Origin: Antedon mediterranea
Lineage: Eukaryota; Animalia; Echinodermata
NCBI RefSeq assembly: GCF_964355755.1
Contig: NC_092679.1
Coordinates: forward strand, 1,146,201-1,210,200
Reading direction: 5' to 3'
DNA: 64,000 bases
How positions within the stretch are numbered: position 1 is the stretch's first letter; each line of letters starts with the position of its first letter. The notes beneath the pieces are model-generated. The model saw only the letters and a program-made list of their open reading frames with translations, searched no databases and had not been told where the DNA came from. The position numbers were made by a program, and so were the translations under genes. This document shows, one piece after another, positions 11,715 through 24,836 of the stretch.

Positions 11715-14700
11715 ATGTTTGTATTACACAGAAAAGCGATGGTATTGTACATTCTGTTTGTTTTTAATCAGCCTGTTTCAAGTTTGTTCGACCCGATGAT
11801 AGATCCATTTTCACCTAGTGAGTATTACGCGAGCCCCCCAACCTCTAGGCCTAGGAGGCGCGCCTTAGTAAGATGAGGCTGCTGGGTATGATTTAGCCAT
11901 CGTCGTCAGAGCTAGACTAGAATATGATTTAGTGTAGAAGAGAAATAGTCTAGTAGGCCTAATTAATATGTCATTTTTTTCTCAATGTGAACAAAGACAT
12001 ACAATTATAGTCATCATAGTGTTGTTACTAAACTAAATGCAAGTAAGTAGTCTACTCTATACTCTACTACTAGACGATTGTGTTTCTGATTTCCTTAATA
12101 TTATTAATATATTATTGATTTTTAGTTTCAGGTAATGAATTTTCAGCAGGCACTTGTCCTGGCCTTTATTGCGGACGAGTCTTATACAATGAAACGATGC
12201 CAGACAACTCCAATTGGACTTATACGGAGTGCCGGGTACTGACTATAATTATTCAGCAAAGTTTCTCTAAAGTAATCATCAAAAATTATATTTTAATAAA
12301 TCATAAAATCAACTTTTTTTCCTTCATTGCAGGCTTGTCCAAAAGGTGAACGACCAGATGAGTACTCGATCTGCCAGTCATGCTTGGGTGATCCGGACTT
12401 GTACGCATGGCTGTACCTTGGCTTTATGTTCTTGATTACACTTGTACTTCATTTCTTTTTCATAGATCACTTTTCTAAGGAAGTCAAGTAAGCTATCTCT
12501 GGTCCATAGAAAGTAAAATTATGTAGTATAAATTAACACAAAACTGTACAAATAATTACTACACGCTATATTGTTTGTTTCTAGAGTTGTAATATTACAC
12601 ACATCTTCCTTCGTTGAGTGTGTTGCTGCTGCAATATTTACTTTACTGTCGGTTGAACCTGTAGGTAAGGCAATTTATTAACTTTATTAAAATTAAATAT
12701 TACATTTTTAGTGTTAAGATTATTACCGATTAATGACTTAAATATTTCAACTTCTATCATTAATGTTGTATGTTAATGTAAAGATAACATGACATTCTTT
12801 ATGTTTTTAGGTGATTTGAAAATTCAGTCATGTAAAGTGAACATGGTATCTGATTGGTACACCATGTTTTCCAATCCAACTCCTGACTACAAACACAAAA
12901 TTCATTGTACACAAGAGGCCGTATATCCTTTGTAAGATTCACCTTTGAAATTTGATTAATTTAAAGCCCCATTCCCTACGTTTTTTAGATCTAATTTAAG
13001 ATCACAAACTATATTTAATGTAAAAATAATACTATATGGTCTTATTGCGATAACTTTTTTCGTCTTTAAACGGTTAAAAATGTTAAAAATAAGTCGATTC
13101 TAATAATTATAGCGGCCCGCTATAAATCCCAAAATGCATTGCGCGCGGATTGATATTTTTGTTTTTCACCTGTAATTCGCCCACTTTTCGATCGATCGTG
13201 AGGCCAAAACAAATGGAAGACTCCTAACTTTTCAGCGAAAATACCGGGTTTTCCCCAATTTGTATCAACGGAAATAGAAAGACAATTAATGCAGCAACTA
13301 TACAACGTCAGGCTAGGTATATAGCTAGCGTATGATGTTCGTACGTTACCGATGTTTACCAGCTAGGCCTACAAAACTTAGCCTAGCTAGGCTAGGCCTA
13401 AGACCGTCCACGAGAGGTCGATCGCCGCGAGCTACTTAGGTAGTGCATTGTTTTTCACTTTTTATCATAATTTACCATAAAACGTACATTTAAGACAAGG
13501 AATGACATGGTTTAATGTTTTTAAAGTGATATATATGTATTATTTTCCAAAAAACGTCCAAAATTGCAGGGAAGGGGTCTTTAAGCATTTGAGACCACTT
13601 TCTGTAGTAGTACAGTAGTATATTAAGCTCTTTTTCCACTATCAAACTAGTTTGACAAAAAAAATGTGGGATGTTCCCAAATATGGTAGTGATATGACAT
13701 CAACATGTCCATATATGGGCACATCACATTTTTTGTCGCATAAAGTTTGATAGTGTAGACAGAGCTTTAGGAAATACTCAAAACTCTAGAGGGCATCCTT
13801 CTTGACAGTAATTCAGACTAACCATTAAAATCAATTTACATTTGTAAATGATTTAGCTCTAATTTTATTACACAGACTTTTTGTTTGTTTTTTTAGGTAC
13901 AGTATGGTGTTCATATTCTTTGGCTATCAGTGGGTTTTGATGGTTTTGTTTCGACCTCTGTTATCTGTAAAACTGTGTAAAAACCAAGGTCGAAATTCAA
14001 TATATGCCGCCCTCTATTTTCTGCCGATTCTTGTGGTAATTCATGCAGTGTTTGCTGGAATTATTTGTAAGTTCATGCTAAGTTCGCGCAAGTCAAAATG
14101 GTGAGGCTCACAAACCATACAATTGCTACAGCTGGGTTCAATGCACTTCTCGACCATTGTTCTTGTTGTAGAACATGTCAGGTCAAGTGTACACACTTGG
14201 CTTGCTATGTTTTCTCTTTTAAAAAACCCAGTTGATCTTTCGGAAGAGTATGGGTTACCCTGGTGTAATCATTATATAATATAATATTAACATTGTATTT
14301 ACAATTTTATTGTATTATATTGATTTAAAATTTTCTTTTTTTTCAGATTATTCTTTCCCATTTGTGGTGATTGTCATTTCTCTGATCACAAGTACAATAC
14401 ACTTTCTTAAACAACAAGATTCTGTAAGATATTGGTTATGTTGTTCTTGGTGCATCATTGTCACTATACTTCAATATCATTATCATCATCATTGTTATCA
14501 TTATCATCTCCATCATCATTGTTATCATTATCATCATCATCATTGTTATCATTATCATCCTCATTGTTATCATTATCATCATCATTGTTATCATTACCAT
14601 CATCATCATTGTTATTATTACCATCATCATTGTTATCATTATCATCCTCATTGTTATCATTACCATCATCATCATTGTTATTATTACCATCATCATTGTT

Positions 14701-15165
14701 ATCATTATCATCCTCATTGTTATCATTATCATCATCATTGTTATCATTACCATCATCATCATTGTTATTATTACCATCATCATTGTTATCATTGTTATTA
14801 TATCATCTTTATCATCATTGTTATCATTATCATCTTTATCATTGTTATCATTATCATCTTTATCATTGTTATCATTATCATCTTTATCATTGTTATCATT
14901 ATCATCTTTATCATTGTTATCATTATCATTTTCATAATTGTTATCATTATCATCCTCATTGTTATCATTATCATCTTTATCATTGTTATCATTATCATTT
15001 TCATAATTGTTATCATTATCATCCTCATTGTTATCATTATCATCCTCATCATTGTTATCATCATCATTATTATCATTACCATCATCATCATCATCATGTT
15101 AATGTTGTTGTCTGTATGTTAATGTTGTCTGTATTCCTGGAAATTGAATAAATAAAAAAAAAAAT

Positions 15166-15221
<56 letters not shown>

Positions 15222-15616
15222 GTCATCATCATCATCATTATTATTATCATCATCATTGTTATCATCATCATCATTGTTATCATTATCTTCATCATTATTG
15301 TTATCATTATCTTCATCATTATTGTTATTATTATCTTCATTATTGTTATCATCTTCATCATCAATACTCAATATTAATAGATAAATTATCAATCTCTTTT
15401 TTCTTTAAGCTGTGGCACATATTTCGTGGCAAGAGGAACATCATAATCCTGTTACTACATTGGTTGATTCACGCGTACGGAATCATATCATTCACAGAAC
15501 TCCAGAATCTCAAAGTGCATCTTCCTCTTCTTATCCTCGTCATCGTTCCATCACTTTTTTTTGTACTCACATTCAAACTATCGGAACCCACTAGGATCCT
15601 GTCCTTCCAGCCATGA
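11715..15616 (+). CDS. JKAMP: JNK1/MAPK8-associated membrane protein
   Basis: Exons 11715 (or 11796)-11817, 12132-12235, 12333-12487, 12585-12664, 12811-12931, 13897-14066, 14347-14423 and 15410-15616 join in frame. Motifs: CPGLYCGR, WLYLGFM, SDWYTMFSNPTPDY, HCTQEAVYPLY, SIYAALYF, HWLIHAYGII. Confidence 0.95.
12965..13580. mobile_element. Non-autonomous TTAA-flanked (Kolobok-type) element in a JKAMP intron
   Basis: TTAA|agccccattccct ... agggaaggggtct|TTAA, imperfect TIR. Confidence 0.6.
13626..13766. mobile_element. ~145-bp Harbinger/Tourist-like MITE family A (representative copy)
   Basis: Family TIR agctctgtctacactatcaaact with TTA flanks. Other copies at ~24051-24204, ~27893-28003, ~30609-30748, ~36129-36263, ~40113-40275 and ~48796-48948. 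Confidence 0.85.
14090..14270 (+). mobile_element. Degenerate copy of the tRNA/Deu-domain SINE
   Basis: aaaaacccagttgatctttcggaagagtatgggttaccctggtg resembles the central domain of the SINE at 43597-43958; B-box-like gggttcaatgc upstream. Confidence 0.5.
14452..15362. repeat. (CAT/TAT/TGT)n compound trinucleotide satellite in the last JKAMP intron
   Basis: Units such as cattgttatcattatcat and a pure (CAT)n run; it explains the low-complexity ORFs in all frames. Confidence 0.95.
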
Positions 15617-15720
15617 ATAAAACAGTTTACTATGTTACATTTTATTCTCAGGGTGTAAAGGAATATTATTGGTAGAAATGCGGGAGTTTCATTTGGATCT
15701 GTTAAGGAATCTATTAATTC

Positions 15721-15901
15721 CAGTGGCGTAACGGCTATAAGCACTTACTGGATAATTGGGGCTTCAGCAGTGCCCATAGGAAAAAACAAGCATTCAAATA
15801 TTTTTAAAAATGCTAAAAACAACCGAGGCTTCCCGGGGAGGGGGGAGAGGGCACGTACAGTTCTTAAACCAGAGGCCTTGGGTCTCTATGTGACGCCACT
15901 G
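15721..15901. mobile_element. hAT-type MITE
   Basis: TIR CAGTGGCGT...ACGCCACTG with 8-bp flanks attaattc/attaattg (7 of 8 match). Confidence 0.75.
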
Positions 15902-17186
15902 ATTAATTGCCATAGCCAGCACACTCATTTTAGGTAATAAGATATGTGTGCACTTCAGCAGCCCTCTTAACAATGTGAGGCAATGGTTGTAAATATTGTA
16001 TATTTAATAAATAACATCATACTACAAGCTTGTGAATGTGTCTTTTGCGGGAAAAGATGGCGCTACCATGTAGATTTTGATTCGATTTAAAGACAATTAT
16101 TAATGGTAAGACTTAATAATGATGCATGAGGAACCTCAATGGGGCTAATTCTGAAGTTGGAGGTTTTATGACAAGCTTTTTAGTCATTGACGTCATGAAA
16201 TTGTTCATTAATTTTCATTCCATTTGCCGAATTTATTTGCGTGAAAAGAAAGCTTCAGCTAATTAATATGCATGCGTATTATACAAGCGCTTGTGAACGT
16301 TCTAGGGAGTCAAACCATGACCTTGGTGCACAGATAAGTGTCGAACATACTTTTTAATGTACAACGCGGTCATGTCAGCTATTCCTGGAATTACAATCAT
16401 GTCATTAGGCCTATCTTTACCACTTGTGTGGGCGTGTCTATCACATACAGTTGCCATTCACACATGGTTGAATGATTCCCAAGCGTACGCGGATTACCCA
16501 CACGTCTTAAAGACGCGTCAAACTAATATACCGTAAACTGAAGAGAGGAAACTTTTATAGTCTGTCTTAGTCGAGATTTCCCGCTTGAAACCACATGAGT
16601 ACCATTGCAGAAAAAAAAACCCGGCAAGGAATCAACATGGAAACATTATGATGATAAGGGGAAATAATCTAGACATGATTATAGCACATGAATTGTTAAT
16701 GTTCCCCACTTAAATTCCATATAATTATTTCAACTTTATTGATTAAAGTTTTAATTGCACATACCTTATTTGGAAGAATTAATAGATAATTCGGTGGATT
16801 GTTATGGTAGGCCTTCGTACACGTGGTAAATTGCCAAAAACAGCTCATGATTACCAAATTAATGTTAGTGAGAGATACTAAGAAAGCTTTTAAAACGCTA
16901 AATTATTTTAAATAAACAAATAAAATATTGCAAATTTAAAATTTGATTGGAGTTTTGCCTGGGTCACTCTTCTGAACTTCCGAACTTCTTTAATTCCTCC
17001 TCGACATTTCGAGGTCATCATTCGTAACAATTCTTTTGTTTTTTACTTCATCCACGTCTGCTAAATCGATTATCGAGATAATAATGACAGGAACTGTAAA
17101 AACTCCATCGTCGCACAATTGTCGTGTTTCTCTGTGTCTGATAAGACGACCAGTACTTTAGGTTCGGCAGTCTGTGAGCCATCATC

Positions 17187-19365
17187 ATGAATGCAAAACT
17201 GTGCGCGTTGTTTTTTACCGTCTGCCTGGTGTACGTGGTGTCCGCGCGAGAAGCGAACCGGTGCTGTTTCCCCAAGAGGTACAGGATTGATTATGGTAAC
17301 GTTAAAATTTATTTTTATCGAATTTCTTTTTTTTATTGGAAACTTTATTGTTGTTTAAAACCGTAATTTATTTACTTGTGTGATAACGTAAACGATAACT
17401 ATGAAAAATTTCAACAATACCATCGTAGATAATATTTAGAATGGGTACGTTTCTCTCTTTAGATTTAGATACCGTATTTACAATGGAAAATGGCTTTTTG
17501 GGTTACTACCCAACCAACTTCAGCATCACGTTCGACTTCACCAAGCCACGGTCCTTGTTCACAACTGGTAGGTTCGACGTGGAAACTGGATCTACAACTT
17601 ATACAAATCGCATACGTCATTATTCTAAGGTCAGAACCTAAATAGCTCATTGGCCACTACGCACAGTAGAGACGCGCGCGTTCAAACGATGATATCAACG
17701 GTATGGGGTTGTACGCGCGCGTAAATAATGTGCCTCCTCTTTCGAAGAGTCACTGACAGTTCGTTAATATTATCTTTTTTTTGATACGACTTCTTTGTTA
17801 AATAAATTAATGAATTCATTCTACATTATTTTAAAAAGAAATTGGAGTGGATATTCAGTGACAGCTCTCCAAATTGTACTTTACGAGAACTGACAGCACC
17901 AGATCCACTAAAATGCATTCCAGGTTTGTAGTCTATCTTATTATATCTTAACAAGTACGTTGAAACCTCGGAGCTGGCATTGGGCGTGGTTAGTGTGAGG
18001 GACCCTAACCCTAAACCACCACATTATGGCATCAATTATTCCCTAATTCGAGTAATGTAATAAATAATAGTAAGCCTAAAGCTTTGTCGATCCCCAATAT
18101 GAGGACGTAAATAAAGTCTGTAAACGCAACGCAATTAATTTGACCAATCACGACGAGATGGATCTTCTAAACTGTCGCCTGTGATTGGTCAACTCATTAC
18201 TTGTGTCCATGGTGGGAACCAAACTTTTAACAAACTTTTGTAATTGTAGACACTGCGGAACTTATACAAGAATACCACATGATGGAGAACATTGAGATGG
18301 CAGACTGGGAGATTCAGTTAAATAGATCAGGGATTATCGGTGAACAGACATTGTCAGTTACTAAAGAAGGTTGTTTGCCCGTCTCAGAAATGTTCCATCT
18401 CATTAATTTTAACGTACCGCAACCGGGTGAGTGTTATATGAATCCGATTTCAATGTATTATTGATTTTTGGTCAGTGTTTCGCTCTACTCAGACCAATTA
18501 CACCGGCCGACATTAGGTAGTAGTAAGCACCTCTATGGTCAAAACTATTATCATGTTGTCGAGAACTCTCATGGCATAGACCTACATTTTAAAAATCTGT
18601 GAATAATGGTATAGTTTGACATCACCACCTTTATGCATCATCGTCATCGTCATCAGCATCCTTAATTATAACATTTTAAATCAAATTTCTCTACTTAACT
18701 TAACTAAGAAACACAATCTACTTTCTTTAGCCCCCTTTTTCCAAATCGGAAAATACAAGAATTTTCAGAAGATATCACAGTCGCGTACAAATAAGGACTT
18801 TAAGTTGCCCAAGAATTGTCCGAAAGAGCTTGCATCGACACTGAGAAAACGAAGTATTGACGACGACCAAGAAAAGGTATGTTAATTATCTTAAATTTAG
18901 TTCACCCACTGTTGGACGGATGTGCAACGTACGGTAAGTGATTTGACCAATCACAAGTGATTACTGAATTTATTGGTCAACTAGTCGATTACGTTGCGTC
19001 CACGTACGTCTTTGCGTTGCGCTATACGAACTTTCTCGACCTGTTTTGTGAAGTTTTGTACTATAAGTTGAGAACACTTCATCCAAACCAGCCTCTCATT
19101 AAGGCGTCCTATGAAATAATCTATAGTAGGCCTAGGCCATATTTACCAGCAATTTCTTATCTTATAGTTTTAGTGAAAACCACTCAATTTTGAGTTAATG
19201 CTGAGCATTGCTGGATTGAGCCGGTATAGTGTAGAGGCTGAGTGACCTAAGTAAAAAACTGAGATCGATGTTAATTAATGAACACGTGACTTTTGTTTTT
19301 AGGAAATCGATATTGAGAAAGAAATGGAAGAATTTATGATGATGCAGCCGCTCGCAAACTGGTAG
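17187..19365 (+). CDS. Ependymin-related protein (EPDR family), secreted or lysosomal
   Basis: Exons 17187-17295, 17463-17629, 17839-17923, 18250-18426, 18731-18876 and 19303-19365 join in phase. Signal peptide MNAKLCALFFTVCLVYVVSA followed by CCFP, CTLREL..PLKCIP, VTKEGCLPVSE and FKLPKNC, the ependymin Cys pattern. The last exon is less certain (alternative stop at 18885). Confidence 0.85.
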
Positions 19366-20407
19366 TGACGTCATTGTGGAGCACCACACGTATTTGGAAT
19401 ATTTCTATATAACACGTTTTAATTTTAAACTCTTAAGTTATAGGACCATTTTATTTACATTCATCTTGAATCATTTAAACTCTGTAAATTATGATATATA
19501 CACAAAACAATAAAGTTAAAAACAGTTAAAATTATGATTTCTATTTTTTAACGCGCGCGCATGCCAAAATCGTCTGGTGACTTACAGGCCATCTAGAATG
19601 AAACTAAAAACTCCGAAATAGTCTTCTATACGATAAGGTCAGTTTACTTAACGGTAAGCGGAAAACCGCATAGCCTTTGCCACGTAGAATCTATCCTGAG
19701 CGCAAACCGCCCCTCCCGCTACGTGTTGTGTGTAAATGGTTGTGTCTGAACGGTTTGATTGTGGTACTTCCCGCTCTTCGTTTCACTGTCTTCATATAGT
19801 ATGGGTTTCTCAAAGGAGAGGTACTCTACTGGACAATTGAGTGCTCTGTGTACGATACAGGACACCGGAAACTGTATTTCTGTGCTACTCAGGCTTAAGC
19901 CTTACTTCCTTAGATGGTCAAGTAGCCTCCAGTAAATTGTTGACAAAATATTATATTACATTATTATTCGTTTGTGAATGCAGCCCGCAGCCTTACGCAT
20001 ATTTTATTGAGACAAAATTTTCGGTCCGTACGTTGGCCCTTTTCTTTTTTTCAGGACTTTTTTAAAACAGTCAACAATATTAGCAAAACATTAATTGGAG
20101 CCATACTTATAAACAAATAATCATATCAATTTTATTCATTTACTAGCATATAACATATAATATATAACTTCAGTACTGTTGTAATTAAAGTACAGCTAAG
20201 AGAAGAAATTAGACAACAAATTTACTACACTACTCGTAGATTAAAATATCAGATTATGCAATGAACAAATGAACACTATACATTACCCTGGATATACCAC
20301 CATGTTTCCTCCATATACCACCAACTGTCAATCAACACACGTGACAGTGTTATATCAGTGTGCAGCAAATTATGTGATAAGCTAGCTATGCTAAAACAGC
20401 ACCTTAA

Positions 20408-20615
20408 AAGGTAGCTCCGGGCATAAAATTCCAATATGTATATTATGAGATATAAACCTTTGAAACATTACAAAAAAAGTCCTATAGCAACATTTTTTTA
20501 ATAAAAAGGATTATTTAACGATGTTTTTTCTGCTTTTCTTTATCAGAAAATAAGTGGGGTTATTATCAATGTTGATGCAAAGATTAAAATTTTTTTTAAA
20601 ACCCAGAGCTCCCCT
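20408..20615. mobile_element. Probable TTAA-flanked MITE at the start of the PLD3 3' UTR
   Basis: TTAA|aaggtagctccggg ... cccagagctcccct|TTAA (11 of 14 TIR positions match). Confidence 0.5.
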
Positions 20616-20619
20616 TTAA

Positions 20620-23600
20620 CTAAATGGAGAGTTCTTCGGCATATTTAGATTCCCAGTCTCGATTAAATACGTCACGTAATTGATCCTGAAGACTGTTGGA
20701 ATCATTTGAGGTTGAGTGAGTGTTGTTAACAATTAGTCCTACACCACCAGTCAACGTGAAGTAGCTCCCATCCCAGTTTGAAGTACCTATTAATCATCAC
20801 AACACAAATCAATGCATAATAATCACAGTTAATTAAATTATTACTCAACAGTCACATAATCAAATTTAATTAACAAGATTAATCATTGAAAATGACAATC
20901 AATAATACTTAGTTTAATAATCAACATTTTAAATGATAATATTGAATTTCTGGAAAAAGATGATAAGCTGATGATGAGTTGAATGGGTTAATTGTAATGG
21001 TCAAAGGTAACAACTTAGAAAAATGAAATATCAGGAAAGAACTTAAAATCACTCAAAAAGTTGGGAAACTATCGGGAGACTTGGGAAATTATCAGGAGAC
21101 TTGGGAAACTATCGGGAGACTTGGGAAACTATCGGGAGACTTAGGAAACTATCGGGAGACTTGGGAAACTATCGGGAGACTTGGGAAACTATCGGGAGAC
21201 TTGGGAAACTATCGGGAGACTTAGGAAACTATCAGGAGACTTGGGAAACTATCGGGAGAGTTGGGAAATTATCTGGAGACTTGGGAAACTATCGGGAGAC
21301 TTGGGAAACTATCGGGAGACTTAGGAAACTATCGGGAGACTTGGGAAACTATCGGGAGACTTAGGAAACTATCGGGAGAGTTGGGAAATTATCTGGAGAC
21401 TTGGGAAACTATCGGGAGACTTGGGAAACTATCGGGAGACTTAGGAAACTATCGGGAGACTTGGGAAACTATCGGGAAACTTGGGAAACTATCGGGAGAC
21501 TTAGGAAACTATCGGGAGACTTGGGAAACTATCGGGAGACTTGGGAAACTTGGGAAACTATCGGGAGGTCTTCATTAAACATAGACTGTTAAAACTCACC
21601 AATATAAGCCGCATTGTCTGTCACCATATATTTATTATGGTTGACCCTTGAATATGGAATATACCTTTGATCGTCAGGAACTCTGAACAATTTCTAATGG
21701 CAAAGAATTGAATTCATTAGAACACTAAATGTAAAATCTTGTAGTATTTCTATACCATGCCTAACCTGCTAGGATACTCACAACATCAACTTTGTTTTCA
21801 CCAATTTCATTTATGACTTTAAATGACCGCAGGTAAGGAAGCATTTTGCTGGAAGTATGGTTCCATATGCTGCCTAGAATTTGAACTTCAACCCCACGCT
21901 CTATCGCTGCTTTTCTAAGACGATCATCAATCACTGGCCAAAACCTAAAAAAAACCAAAAAAAACAACAAAATGAAATAAAAAAATTAAATTAAAAAAAA
22001 GTACTTGTAAGAAACATTTTCTCTGTAAAGAATAATTAATAAAATGGCTGGCAAATATAAAATATTGAATTCCTATTTTAATTGTATTCATTGTAATTTA
22101 CACGAGTTTCTGCAAAAAAGAAATATTTTTGTAGAAATTTGGTTGGTCACTTAATTAATTAACACAAAAAGGAACATACAACTGCTCTGCTTCTCCTCTC
22201 CTATATTCTGGGATAATTGGCAAGTAGTCCATGACAGCCACCTTGATAAATGTCTTTGCTCTGTCAATCACATGAAGAATGGCATCAATGTCCGACACCC
22301 TTCCTTTGGGGCAAAACGAAGGAGGGGAACTCTATAAAAAAAAACACGAAAGAACAATTTTGAAAGAGGTTTACTACACAAATTAGTGTTAAAATTGCTC
22401 CATAGTATGAATGAACTACTATATGGTTGTTTTGTTTCTGTTTTTGTTTGCATTGATATGGATATAATAAAACGGGATCTCCTCTCCTATATTCTGGGAT
22501 ATTTGGCAAGTAATCCATGATTAGTTTCATTTAAATAACTTGATATATAATGAAACTAGTGAAAGGTGACTGAAACTTACCGAGAGAACTACCCTTGCAT
22601 TAGTGTTATTAAAAGGGACAGGCATTGTGTTGTTAAAGTTATAGTCCGTATTGAGATCTTGTGGCCAACTTGACGGTACATAGGCATCCTTTTCACCAAG
22701 TTTCCAATACACTTCAAATATTTTAGCCATGTCTTGAGCAAGACAACTGCAATTGTAAACTGCTGCTCCTAGTTCTTTTACCTAAGTATTCATAAGAAAT
22801 AAAAAGTAACAATGAAAGATAATCAAAAGGAAAATTACTGGGAAAAAGAAGACAATGCTGTGTGTATCAGTGGTTGGATCACAATGAAGATAAAAGTTAA
22901 AGATGTATTGTCCCTTTGACTAATCCCCAAAAAATAAAAAATAAAAGATTTCGAAAAAAGGTGGGTCATTTTGAAGTATCATAATAGTTATTAACTATCA
23001 CCAAAAATTTGTCGAAAAAAAAATCATTTAACTAAAATACAGACGTTTTTTTGTTTAAAAAATAACTTTGACTTCCAGTCAAAGTTTTCCATCAAAACAT
23101 ATCCCATAATGAAACGCGCTTGTTTCGCTACTCTGTATGCATATTTCATAAAACTTCTTTACGATCTGTGTGAAAATACCTTCTCAACTGTGACAAGTTG
23201 TAAATAATCCTAATTAGCATATGCATAATGCATACTCGTGGTTTGAAATCTTTGTTTACTTTCACTCGCGACGATTTTCCAGACGAAATGTTATCAAACT
23301 AATTTAGCTGTTATTTACGTACTTGTTGTTTTTGGCTAGAATTTTCGACTTAAAGTGAATAACTTTAATATTACTTTGATATGGCCAATTTAAATTTAGA
23401 ATATTTTGACCTTCATTTTTTTGTGTTTCAAGGGACAATACATCATTAAACAAAAGGCTAAAATAAAATCCAGAATATCCGAATAAGAAATTGCAGAGCT
23501 TCCAGGTAGCACTAACCATTTCTTCAGTTAACAATGAAAATATAAATAATAATAAATACAACTGTTACCTGAGCTACTATACCTTTAATATTTCATTTGT

Positions 23601-24836
23601 TTATTATTTTTATTTAGTCTGGTGGCCATGACTTAAAGTTTGCCTCCAAACTCTATTTTGGCCTTCTGTGTAATTTTAATATTTTAAATTGTAAATGTTA
23701 TGTGTTCGTGTGCAGAGAAACAATAAAAACAAACAATTAACCTCTGCAAGAGAACGAAAATCAATATTTGCACTTCCAACATAGAAATGTGTATCGTCAA
23801 CAAGCAGCATTTTGGTGTGCAAGATGCCTCCGTTCATTAGCCTGGAAAAGTTCAATGACCTAGCTTCCACGGCTTTTGCTTTCACAAGATCTAAGACATC
23901 CCAATCTGGAAATTTAGTAGATGGCATGTTGTATGCAATACGGATGTCAATGTTTCTGGTCGTACCAGCTTTCAACAGCTCCTTATAGATTGTTTCTCCC
24001 TAAGAAAAAAATATATTACTGTTAGAATCTGGCATAAACAATCCTTCTTAAGCTCTGTTTACACTATCAAACTAGTTTGACAAAAAAAGTGTAACCAAAT
24101 ATGGTAGTGATATGCCAAAATATGGTGTAGTGATATGGCATAATCATGTCCATATATGGGACATCACATTTTCTTGTCCCAAGTTTGATAGTGTAGACAG
24201 AGCTATATTGATTACTAATATAATTGTGTTGTTTTCACTTTTAATCTGACAAAAACATAACATAAACAACTGTGACAAAATAATTCTATTGTACATCAAC
24301 TGTAGAGGGAGACTCAGTGACGTTGACATCTTGAGCACGTAACGTCCAATAAAATGAAGCAACATCTATTTTGGTTTTAGCAGACTGTATCAAGTTCATC
24401 CAAGTATTGAAAGTGGATACGTGGGATGGAGCGCCCTCAGCGTATGTCAGATTCTTAGGAATGCTTTCCACAAGCACAACTCTAAACAAAAAAATAATTA
24501 AGATAAACATTATTCCAAGGGAACTATTAAATCTATAATAATGGCATAGTTAAAGGTAGCATATAGTTTTGACTGGATGGACCACCCTCGTAAAATATTG
24601 AATATTGAAATAAGAATGTTTAATTTGCATATATGTAAATTAGTTCACCTGCATTCACTGGTACATACAGTATCTTCTGTCGACGGCTTGTTGTTTAGAA
24701 AAGGAAGCACAAACAGATAACATATACCAAACAGTGAAAACATTAGAATAACTATTTGTACAACAATCAGAAGTGAGAGTTTCTTCTTTGGTATTTTAAG
24801 TTCTTCCTCATACTGTGTTAAGAGAGGCGTGTTCAT
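20620..24836 (-). CDS. PLD3: Phospholipase D3-like lysosomal 5'-3' exonuclease
   Basis: Exons 24836-24649, 24481-24295, 23999-23742, 22781-22581, 22331-22180, 21944-21782, 21693-21600 and 20786-20620. Type II TM N-terminus, [59 protein letters not shown] probable non-coding exon has its donor at 25557. Confidence 0.96.
21061..21567. repeat. 20-bp minisatellite, about 25 copies, in the last PLD3 intron
   Basis: Unit ttgggaaactatcgggagac. Confidence 0.97.
22901..23445. mobile_element. Non-autonomous Kolobok-type element in a PLD3 intron
   Basis: TTAA|agatgtattgtccct ... agggacaatacatca|TTAA. The same sequence occurs split at ~4130-4279 and ~9616-9800. Confidence 0.8.

Noticed and set aside
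14310-15392. Long His/Cys/Tyr-, Ile-, Met- and Asp-rich ORFs
   Set aside because: They are translations of an intronic (CAT/TAT)n satellite; the JKAMP exons splice cleanly around it.
18003-18014. Telomeric repeat or telomerase RNA template (ccctaaccctaa)
   Set aside because: Only two units, intronic, with no supporting structure seen.
21061-21592. Repetitive ORFs or a CRISPR-like array
   Set aside because: Contiguous 20-bp units with no unique spacers, inside a eukaryotic intron.
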